This document shows positions 55,401 through 62,176 of a stretch of DNA of 64,000 bases, piece by piece (the first letter of the stretch is position 1; every line of letters starts with the position of its first letter). Both the position numbers and the translations under genes were made by a program. The stretch lies in assembly GCA_964608425.1 (NCBI GenBank), contig CAZSNN010000002.1, forward strand, positions 251 through 64,250. The letters run 5' to 3'. Source of the DNA: an uncultured Gammaproteobacteria bacterium. Its GTDB lineage: Bacteria > Patescibacteriota > Patescibacteriia > Patescibacteriales > UBA12465. The notes beneath the pieces are model-generated. The model saw only the letters and a program-made list of their open reading frames with translations, was not told where the DNA came from and ran no database searches.

Positions 55401-56524
55401 TCTGCAAAATTACTCAACTCCTTGGGATCTTTCACAGAAATAAACTCTTTAGCTAAAGCATTGGATTCTTTTATAATATTAAAAGAAAAATTAACTTCTT
55501 GCTCGCCTATTATAGAGTTTTTCTCATCTATTAACCTAACTACTAAATTAAAATTCTGAGCACCTTCATAGTAAGGAGAAAAATTTTTAGAAAAATCTTC
55601 CTTAGCAACAGCAAAATAAACATTAATCTTTTCTTTTTCAGAGTTAATTAAAAAAACATCATTATTTACTTGAAGCTCTTGCCCATTAATAAAAAACTTT
55701 AAGGAAGAGTAAGCTTGATTAAGTTTTAGAGAAAAATCAAAATATCTATTAGTTGATAATCCTATCATCTGCTCTTTTGATAATATCAAGTCTTTATTAT
55801 CAGTGGTTCCATCAGTCTTTAACACGATGTCACCAAAATTAATTGATCCATCTAATATTGTTGGGTTTAAAATCTCTAATGGAAAAAGCATCCCTGGATT
55901 AATATCAGCAGCAATAAAATTAGTTGGTTTTTGTTGTTTTAAAGAGCTATTAGAAATAACCAAAGTTTTTATCCCTAATTCATTGCCATCCTTATCAATA
56001 AACTTCATTAATAAATTTTGTGTTCCCCAATCAATTGGAGTCCAATTAACTCCATCTTTTTTTTGGGCTAAAGGATGATCTATTTCAAAAGCTCTATCAA
56101 CTAAATTATAAGTAAATTGTTTGTCATTATTTATAACATATACCACGCTTTCAGCCTCTGGATATGGAGATATAATATTAAATCTAAAATAACCAATATT
56201 TTTTCCGTAAAAACCTTCTTTTTGTTCAGAAAAAGTATAAGTAGGAAGCTCCTTAGGAACCCCAGCGTAACTTAATTCGGATATACCCTTAATATTAATC
56301 ATTCCATTAGAAAGTATGGTAACTTTATCAGCTACACTTGGATCTTTATATTTAATAAACTCAACCGGCAAAAGGTCATCAGCGGCTCGAGCACTAAAAT
56401 TTTCAAAAGCAAAAGGATTATTAAAACGACTTTCAATCATCGCTTTAATGTTAATAAAATGAATAGAAGAAACCACTAGAATCGAATAAAAAAATATTCG
56501 AAGAAAAAGATTTTTTGTTGTCAT
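52442..56524 (-). CDS. Giant secreted/surface protein (1360 aa) with internal module duplication, 28-aa tandem repeats and a conserved C-terminal module
   Basis: N-terminal signal anchor. Two paralogous modules of about 320 aa (aa 35-345 and 350-665). IIGDEKLKYDGATEYDQK repeats. C-terminal region homologous to that of the 494-aa protein. Its stop lies 2 nt from the uppP start. Confidence 0.75.
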   Translation of the reverse strand: MTTKNLFLRIFFYSILVVSSIHFINIKAMIESRFNNPFAFENFSARAADDLLPVEFIKYKDPSVADKVTILSNGMINIKGISELSYAGVPKELPTYTFSEQKEGFYGKNIGYFRFNIISPYPEAESVVYVINNDKQFTYNLVDRAFEIDHPLAQKKDGVNWTPIDWGTQNLLMKFIDKDGNELGIKTLVISNSSLKQQKPTNFIAADINPGMLFPLEILNPTILDGSINFGDIVLKTDGTTDNKDLILSKEQMIGLSTNRYFDFSLKLNQAYSSLKFFINGQELQVNNDVFLINSEKEKINVYFAVAKEDFSKNFSPYYEGAQNFNLVVRLIDEKNSIIGEQEVNFSFNIIKESNALAKEFISVKDPKELSNFAEISNGLIVIKNLGELDYNGTFSNLLNFSFNNQAMGQLGEDIGYFTAIISNPYPEAMTASWTIDGGKVFYHDFSSSGSSISVDFALASRGDKINWTPLENNSQKLLIQFFDSEGGLVGEKEVNVLFEDIKQKQPSNVISSYISSQLIPYTLTKIYDGRMEVSDIILNKDGSTNYKELNLSKEQGVGDHQFRYLDTSFNLTDEEASDVASLSFLINGSPYNPNSKDFVIQYDQENKLIKFYFAVAQLDDSKQFIPYYNQVLKDFSLITRIKDSSGLIIMEKIISTSFSLSDGSSHSDIKAFPAKQFLFNNEALVSSNGQIGFNSNTFFYQQEKGDYLVDSQLNNKYLFPKDLEYMKELSPSCRYIRFTLSLNSEKPKLNSLKYDVGGKDYDYNFLDQNNNSVYVFNRNQEIDFYYPVTCYLKGETGNYWKNNPINSKWKINYLDELSKNNYQYYFNVNLNLSGVCKKNNELISLPIEIFSFDDEYLNKYSQKKIGVLYFNYLINSEIQKKYINQNISSFSGLKNLRYFKINFNLDNSKEKEPVIIGDEKLKYDGATEYDQKTDVMSGEKSTIIGDEKLKYDGATEYDQKANVVSEKESAIIGDEKLKTDVVSEINEKIDVIDKTETNRIAYINIEDSDKYRNFIIKGNSLYIPAFSYSSGKLVSYPVDQSIILNFVDSYCNIFPAKFQIISKPILQYKDNPSTPVVETKPIEPEYKEVYNPVTGELIREKINPEKENLTTPSKEAAKVVDAKLLTEAQMVHKSPKEEIKTLLLRSVNVEKSDSELEKKVEVKHQSLFVGASTPEVKTSLKNYLAYGTESTVRLGEGQRAATVINYTSVKGNIPQTESDIEDVLKIANNRVPLIRNSELEPKFLGNFYRLNNIIKENDITKIDEDNFILELNQFLRFSYGILPMERSIAKEKWAIELFVKNYNKLPQTDGEWRIVNSWAYRNVLISQVENNLDWINSVASENSEITVELLDKFFELAVK
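53592..53785 (-). repeat. 84-bp tandem coding repeat, about 2.3 copies
   Basis: Units at 53592-53675 and 53676-53759, plus a partial third copy from 53760. They encode IIGDEKLKYDGATEYDQK(T/A)(D/N)V(M/V)S(G)EKS(T/A). Confidence 0.9.
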
Positions 56525-56577
56525 AAAATAAAATTTAATACTAATTTTTATATTTAATTATTTTTAAATTATATCAC

Positions 56578-59097
56578 TTAGTTTATAGAACGTAAAGCTA
56601 TTTCCTTTAAAATAACATCCCGATCTTTACCATATTTGTAGCGACTCAATTGCCTAATAGCGTCAGCCAAGCCATCCTTTTTTTCTCCCATTAATGGCCA
56701 AATTGTCTGAAAAGAAAAAGGTCGAACTGATTGTCCATCAACTAATAGCTTTACAAAACCACCCCGGCCCACATTAACTAAATCATATTGATTGAATACT
56801 GGACCAAATTCTTTAACTAAAAACTCAGCATCTTCAGAACCAACTCTAAAACTTGCCATAGTTCCAACGTTTCCAAAAACAGCGTCCTTTATCTGGGTGT
56901 CTTGATTCTTGCTAAGCTGACCAATGTATTGATGAGCTATATTTAAACATAGGGCATATTTTCTAGCCTCTGATAAAATCTGACAAATAGAATTAGTAGT
57001 AAAGTTTTGAAACTCATCGATATATAAATAAAAATCTTTTCTTTGTTCTTGTGGAATATCAGTCCTAGATAGAGCTGCCATTAATATTTTTCCTACAATA
57101 ATCATACCTAAAAGATAAGCGTTTGATTCTCCAATAGATCCCTTGGGTAAATCCACCATTAATATTTTTTGACTATCCATTAAATCCCTGAAATTAAAAG
57201 CACTATTTTGTTGACCAATAATTGGCATCATCATATCATTGGAAACAAAGGGGGTTAATTTCGAAGTAATATAAGGAACCATATTAGCTAAGGCTGCCTC
57301 TCCCCCGGCCTTTTCAGCCTCTTTCTGCCAAAAATCAACTACCGTTTTATTTTTGCAAAGATTTAATTTCATGCGACGAAAATCTTCATCCGCTAGCACT
57401 TTGGATATTTCCATTAAAGTTGACCCTGTTTCTGGACTATCCATAATCAATAATAAAGCATTTCTCATATACTGCTCAAACATTGGTCCTCCGGTAGCCT
57501 TGAGATCATACAATTTATCAAAGATTCCAATCATTTCATTAATAACAAAAGTTTTTTGTTCTGGATACCTAGGATCATATTCTAACAAATTTAATCCAAT
57601 AGGTCTTTGAGTGTCAGCCGGCGAAAAAATAATTACATCCTCAGCTCTCTCTGGCGGAATACGATTTAAAATATCTTCAATTAAATCACCATTAGGGTCC
57701 ATAACGCAGACTCCATGACCATTTTGAATATCTTGAATAGCTAAATTATTTAACAACACAGATTTACCAGTACCAGATTTACCAACAATATACATATGAC
57801 GACGGCGATCAACCGGCTTAATTCTAACATCAGTTTTAATTCCTCGATAAACATTGTAGCCAAGAATAATTCCATCCTTAGGAATATTACTTGGAGCTGG
57901 AGCTGTCTTTGAGGTTAGCCAGTCAATGTTAGGGGTTTCAGTGTGGGGTAAAGGAAAATGAAACATACTTACCAATTCTTGAGTACTTAATAAAAAACTT
58001 TGTCTCTCAATAAAGCGTCGATAAATAAAATTATTAATAATGTCCTCTTGATTTAATTTTTTTACCTTTCTAAAATAATTTCCATATTGATAATAAGTAT
58101 ATTCACTAAAAGCATTAGTAATATTATCAAAAAATAATTTTGTTTTTTCTTCGCTGTCAGAACTGACCACTATTCTAAGATTAACATCCAGCCCTGGCTT
58201 AGCATTTTTGTCTTCCATTTTTTTTAACATTTCCCTTTCTTTTTCGGTTAATTCTTTTTTATTTCCCTCCATCTCTGGTCCTTTTTCAGCCTTACCCATA
58301 CTAAATAAACCCAAAACAATATCGTAAACTAAAAAATTAACTGTATTATGAAAAGCCGAGCTACTACTTCTGAAAATTTCACTAACATCATTCTTTTTAT
58401 AAGCATTTAAAACAGATCTCTTTAATTTGGCGTGCCAGTCTTTTTTAGCACTTCTAACCACATATTGAATAGCAATATTTTCATCATTTTCTAGCTTTGA
58501 CATTACATTTATCAAAGAATCCATGGGATCGGATTCCATATCCTTGTAGTCTAAAAATGGGAAAATAAAACTACGGCCAGCTTTGAAACGACCAGCCTTA
58601 ATGTGGCCTTTGGGATTAAAAGCATTATAATCTTCTATTGGTTCAACCGAAGCTTCTGGATAATAAGCATGAATTTGTTGCTCCATATAAAGAGCCTTAT
58701 CCTTGGGAGCAGTAACATAAAAAGAAATTTTACTCTTATTAGCAACTATTTCAAAGGAAAAATTATCATTTCTACCAAAAAACCAATCAACAATACTTTT
58801 TTTCACCCTCAACCCGCCAACACTGGCAAAAATATTTTCTCCCTTAGAAATCTCTTCTTGTAATTGCTGAACAGTTAAAGAAGAATCTTGATCTTTTGGC
58901 TTTTCCTTAGGCAATCTGATCAAAAAAATAGAATTATTATTATTTTTATTTCTAACCGAAAAATATTTTATAAAATATCTAACTACAAACAAAGCAATCA
59001 AAAGAAACAAAAATATACCTATTAGATATAAATAATCTAAATTTCTCTCTACTATCAGCTCCCCTTCTAGGGCCAATTGATTGCTAAAATCGTTCAT
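56578..59097 (-). CDS. Membrane-anchored FtsK/HerA-superfamily ATPase, TraD/TraG/VirD4 (type IV coupling protein)-like
   Basis: N-terminal TM. HMYIVGKSGTGKSVLL (Walker A) followed by VCVMDPNGD, YLYIDEFQNF (Walker B) and ARKYALCLNIAHQYIGQL (coupling-protein-type RK...Q..QL). Confidence 0.65.
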   Translation of the reverse strand: MNDFSNQLALEGELIVERNLDYLYLIGIFLFLLIALFVVRYFIKYFSVRNKNNNNSIFLIRLPKEKPKDQDSSLTVQQLQEEISKGENIFASVGGLRVKKSIVDWFFGRNDNFSFEIVANKSKISFYVTAPKDKALYMEQQIHAYYPEASVEPIEDYNAFNPKGHIKAGRFKAGRSFIFPFLDYKDMESDPMDSLINVMSKLENDENIAIQYVVRSAKKDWHAKLKRSVLNAYKKNDVSEIFRSSSSAFHNTVNFLVYDIVLGLFSMGKAEKGPEMEGNKKELTEKEREMLKKMEDKNAKPGLDVNLRIVVSSDSEEKTKLFFDNITNAFSEYTYYQYGNYFRKVKKLNQEDIINNFIYRRFIERQSFLLSTQELVSMFHFPLPHTETPNIDWLTSKTAPAPSNIPKDGIILGYNVYRGIKTDVRIKPVDRRRHMYIVGKSGTGKSVLLNNLAIQDIQNGHGVCVMDPNGDLIEDILNRIPPERAEDVIIFSPADTQRPIGLNLLEYDPRYPEQKTFVINEMIGIFDKLYDLKATGGPMFEQYMRNALLLIMDSPETGSTLMEISKVLADEDFRRMKLNLCKNKTVVDFWQKEAEKAGGEAALANMVPYITSKLTPFVSNDMMMPIIGQQNSAFNFRDLMDSQKILMVDLPKGSIGESNAYLLGMIIVGKILMAALSRTDIPQEQRKDFYLYIDEFQNFTTNSICQILSEARKYALCLNIAHQYIGQLSKNQDTQIKDAVFGNVGTMASFRVGSEDAEFLVKEFGPVFNQYDLVNVGRGGFVKLLVDGQSVRPFSFQTIWPLMGEKKDGLADAIRQLSRYKYGKDRDVILKEIALRSIN

Positions 59098-59100
59098 ATA

Positions 59101-59619
59101 TTATTCTTTATTTTTATCTTTTTTTAGTTTTAATATTTTATCGGTTTTTATTTTAGCTTCTTGCTCTAAAAAATATTTATTAACTTTAGGGATATTTTTT
59201 AACCATCTTCTTATTAAATCAATTATTTTTTTTACTCTAATTTTGGTTTGTCCTAATAATTTATTTATTTTATTAACTGTCTCAATGCCTTCTTCTTGAA
59301 ATTTTTTTTGTTGTTTAGGTGTCATACTTAAAAAAACATCATTTAAGCCATCAGACAAAATCATATCAATTTGTTTTCTTCTCTCTTCTTCGGAGCTAAT
59401 TATGATTGGAGTTGGAGTAGCAGAAGAAGAAATTATTTTCTCCTCTTCTTCTTTTTGATCCTTTTTTTCTGATTTCTTTTCAGTATCAACAACCTCTCTT
59501 TCGAAAGAAGACTCTTTGGTTTTTTCTCCTTTTTCTAAGTCAAAACCACCATCCTCAAAAGAAGACGGAGTTATATCAATTTTTTCTTGTTCAAACCCTT
59601 TATTTAAATCTTGAGCCAT
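59101..59619 (-). CDS. Hypothetical acidic/lysine-rich protein
   Basis: The start is moved to MAQDLNKG (ATG at 59619), because the ORF-track start at 59676 overlaps the ferredoxin gene. Its stop lies 3 nt from the ATPase start. Confidence 0.5.
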   Translation of the reverse strand: MAQDLNKGFEQEKIDITPSSFEDGGFDLEKGEKTKESSFEREVVDTEKKSEKKDQKEEEEKIISSSATPTPIIISSEEERRKQIDMILSDGLNDVFLSMTPKQQKKFQEEGIETVNKINKLLGQTKIRVKKIIDLIRRWLKNIPKVNKYFLEQEAKIKTDKILKLKKDKNKE

Positions 59620-59623
59620 ATCA

Positions 59624-59800
59624 TTATTCAACTTTAATAGCTTCAACCGGACAACTATTGGCAGCATTTCTAGCACAATCAGTGTCTTGTTGGCTAATAA
59701 CCTCAGACTTACCCATAGAATTCATTTTAAAAATTTTAGGGCACATATTAACACACATACCGCATCCAATACATTTATTTTGATCAACTTTTATTGACAT
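59624..59800 (-). CDS. Small monocluster ferredoxin (58 aa, below the ORF-track cutoff)
   Basis: Translation: MSIKVDQNKCIGCGMCVNMCPKIFKMNSMGKSEVISQQDTDCARNAANSCPVEAIKVE. It has the CxxCxxC...CP motif plus a distal C...CP..AI. The stop lies 4 nt before the next start. Confidence 0.7.
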   Translation of the reverse strand: MSIKVDQNKCIGCGMCVNMCPKIFKMNSMGKSEVISQQDTDCARNAANSCPVEAIKVE

Positions 59801-59867
59801 AACAATAATAATTTATAAGCAAAAAAATCACCTATAAATTGAATTAATTTTATTAAACTTCTTAATA

Positions 59868-59896
59868 ATTATAGTACATTTTAAAATAATTGACAA
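59868..59896 (-). promoter_or_regulatory. Promoter of the ferredoxin-ATPase-giant protein-uppP operon
   Basis: On the minus strand: TTGTCA (59896-59891), 17-nt spacer, TATAAT (59873-59868). Confidence 0.6.
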
Positions 59897-59918
59897 GTAA
59901 AAATAACTTTGTTATATT
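59890..59918 (+). promoter_or_regulatory. Promoter of rpmA, sharing its -35 region with the divergent promoter
   Basis: TTGACA (59890-59895), 17-nt spacer, TATATT (59913-59918). Its -35 box overlaps the minus-strand -35 box by 5 nt. Confidence 0.6.
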
Positions 59919-59961
59919 ATATTAGTAAAAAACAAATAATAAATACTAAAATTTAAAAAAT

Positions 59962-60237
59962 ATGGCACATAAAAAGGCTGGAGGATCGACCACCTTAGGT
60001 CGTGATTCCCAAAGTAAACGTTTAGGAGTTAAATTAGCCGATGGACAAAAGGCTAAAACTGGCTCCATTATTATTCGCCAACGTGGAACTAAATACCATC
60101 CTGGTGAAAATGTAAAAAAAGGAAAAGATGACACTTTGTTTGCAATAACTACCGGAACAGTAAAATTTAAAACTAAAAAATCAAAGAAATTTGATGGACG
60201 ATTAGTTAATACTAAAGTAGTTAACGTAATAAAATAG
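59962..60237 (+). CDS. rpmA: 50S ribosomal protein L27
   Basis: [24 protein letters not shown]...[13 protein letters not shown]. Confidence 0.97.
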   Translation: MAHKKAGGSTTLGRDSQSKRLGVKLADGQKAKTGSIIIRQRGTKYHPGENVKKGKDDTLFAITTGTVKFKTKKSKKFDGRLVNTKVVNVIK

Positions 60238-60256
60238 CACTAAGAAATATATTAAA

Positions 60257-60286
60257 AAGACAAGATTAGATTCTTGTCTTTTTTTG
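60257..60286 (+). terminator. Rho-independent terminator of rpmA
   Basis: AAGACAAGA (60257-60265) pairs with TCTTGTCTT (60272-60280) and is followed by a T-run. Confidence 0.8.
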
Positions 60287-60310
60287 TTGCTTAATATTAG
60301 GTAAAATAAA

Positions 60311-60346
60311 AACCCCCATGTTCTCTTTTTGAGAAACACGAGGGTT
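60311..60346 (-). terminator. Imperfect GC-rich terminator hairpin of cassette 3
   Basis: On the minus strand AACCCTCGTGTTTCTC pairs imperfectly with GAGAACATGGGGGTT and is followed by TTTTTATTTT. Confidence 0.55.
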
Positions 60347-60371
60347 AGCCTATGACAGACACACAACTTTT

Positions 60372-61181
60372 TTACTTCAGGGCCAAATAAACGGCCGTGG
60401 GGTTTATTGAAATAAATACCCCTTCAACACCCATTGGCGACCTTTCTCTGAAATACCCCACTTTTACAATATTAGCTCTAACATTGTAATTTCCAGAAAT
60501 TTCCACCCCCACCTTATAGATCGGATTCAAAGTCATTTCTGACTTTTCAAATCCAACAACAGGAGAGATATAAAATTCCGGTATCGGTAGAATAACTCTA
60601 ACCAGAGAAACATCAGCTTTTAAAGAAAGTCCTCCATTTTCGAAATAATTACTACTATAGCTATTGGTGAACCCAAATCTTTGTGTAGCACTTATTTCAA
60701 TTCTAGGAAAAATTCTAGTTTCAGGTGTCAGCAAAATTGAACCCGATAACAGAATTCCTGGCTTAACTGTTTTCACCGAGAAAGTATCGGTTGTTCCAGT
60801 GATATAGCCATAGTCTTTCTGATTGAAGCGATAATAACCAGCACCAATTTTCAATTCACCTAAACTAAAGTTTTGGCGAAAAGAAAGGCCAAAATTAAAT
60901 CCGGAAAGATCGCGAGCGCGGTAGGTTTGAACCAAGGCATTGCTACTTTGATAACCACCAAATACTCCCACTTGGGAATTTGACGCTCCGAAAAAGAATT
61001 CTCCTTGAACACGGTTAGAGCTAAAAACTCCTACCTTCACAAGAGTGTCCCCTTCAGAATTTAAAAATTGATCGCGAAAGGTTGTTTGACCATCATAGGT
61101 CAATGAAAATTTTTCAGTTTCGGTTTGTGCCAAGACCACAAAGGGTAGCACTACAATTAATATCAACAATATTCTTTTCAT
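60372..61181 (-). CDS. Predicted outer-membrane-type beta-barrel protein, compositionally atypical (GC-rich cassette 3)
   Basis: Sec signal ending VLAQ-TE. About 12-14 amphipathic strands with alternating hydrophobic residues (VKVGVFSS, GEFFFGAS, FNFGLSFRQNF, LKIGAGYYRF, YKVGVEISGNY, IVKVGYFRE). G+C is 31/60 in line 60901-60960. Confidence 0.55.
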   Translation of the reverse strand: MKRILLILIVVLPFVVLAQTETEKFSLTYDGQTTFRDQFLNSEGDTLVKVGVFSSNRVQGEFFFGASNSQVGVFGGYQSSNALVQTYRARDLSGFNFGLSFRQNFSLGELKIGAGYYRFNQKDYGYITGTTDTFSVKTVKPGILLSGSILLTPETRIFPRIEISATQRFGFTNSYSSNYFENGGLSLKADVSLVRVILPIPEFYISPVVGFEKSEMTLNPIYKVGVEISGNYNVRANIVKVGYFRERSPMGVEGVFISINPTAVYLALK

Positions 61182-61226
61182 ATCTGTAATTTTTATTGGT
61201 TTATATTTTAAAAGAACTAACTGAAT

Positions 61227-61255
61227 ATTATAACATAAATAATTTTATATGTCAA
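61227..61255 (-). promoter_or_regulatory. Consensus sigma70-type promoter of cassette 3
   Basis: On the minus strand: TTGACA (61255-61250), 17-nt spacer, TATAAT (61232-61227). Confidence 0.7.
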
Positions 61256-61278
61256 GAGCTCTGACTAGCAGAGCTCTT
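61254..61278. promoter_or_regulatory. Twin palindrome AGAGCTCT-N7-AGAGCTCT (also a 10-bp-stem hairpin) abutting the -35 box
   Basis: AAGAGCTCTG (61254-63), loop ACTAG, CAGAGCTCTT (61269-78). Each AGAGCTCT is itself palindromic. No T-run follows on either strand. Confidence 0.6.
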
Positions 61279-61308
61279 AAACTAATATCATTATATATTT
61301 TTATGGTT

Positions 61309-62100
61309 TTATTGGAATAAATTATCAATATCACCCGATTTTTTAACATTTTCATAATTATTTTCATCCTCTTTTTCGGGCATTTTCACTCCCCTATTTT
61401 CTTCTATATTTCTCATAGTAGAGGCCACTCGATTCATTGGGGGTAAATTTTTATTTTTTGGAATTCTGCTTTTATGACCAAATAGATGAATATCATATTT
61501 TTTTTCTGGAAATAAATAAATATAAACTAATCCAAAGAATAAACTACCAGCAATAATAATAAGTAAAGCATACATCAAATTTGGTTTAGTCGGATAAGTA
61601 GAAGTAATTGGTTGATCAATAACATTGATTTTTACTGAACTACCCAATCCATGAAAATTTTGGTGTTTAGTTATTAAAACATGATTGACAGCTAAAGCAA
61701 TTTGAGTAGCTTGATAATTATCTTTATGATAAACACTAATGTTAATAATTCCAGAGTCCTCTAAGCTCTTAGCCGAAACTGTTTTTTTCCAAGCCTTGCT
61801 TTGTTTAATAGAAGTATCACCAAAATAATTTTTATCAATATTAAAATCTGACTCCATTACTGATTCATAAAAAGAATTGGAGTAAACTACTCTAGTTAAT
61901 AAATCGGATAAATATTCCACTGACCTAGAAACTGAATATGGGTCAACTCGACCAGCCCCTTCTTGAATAACTAATATTTTTGACTTAGTAGTATATTTGA
62001 AATCTTGAGTTAATAGAACCAATAATCCTACTACCAAAAAAACTAAAAAAATAGAAAATAAAGTCTGACGTTTTTGTTTAATTAAAGCAATTAAATCCAT
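61309..62100 (-). CDS. Wzz/CpsC-like polysaccharide chain-length determinant family protein
   Basis: N-terminal TM after LIALIKQKRQTLFSIFLV, a periplasmic-type middle region and a second TM near the C-terminus (LMYALLIIIAGSLFFGLVYIYLF). Confidence 0.6.
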   Translation of the reverse strand: MDLIALIKQKRQTLFSIFLVFLVVGLLVLLTQDFKYTTKSKILVIQEGAGRVDPYSVSRSVEYLSDLLTRVVYSNSFYESVMESDFNIDKNYFGDTSIKQSKAWKKTVSAKSLEDSGIINISVYHKDNYQATQIALAVNHVLITKHQNFHGLGSSVKINVIDQPITSTYPTKPNLMYALLIIIAGSLFFGLVYIYLFPEKKYDIHLFGHKSRIPKNKNLPPMNRVASTMRNIEENRGVKMPEKEDENNYENVKKSGDIDNLFQ

Positions 62101-62176
62101 ATAATTTTTTTTAAAAAATTAATTTTATTTATTCTGCTCATTATTATAACATAATGAGCAGATAAGTAAAACTAAA

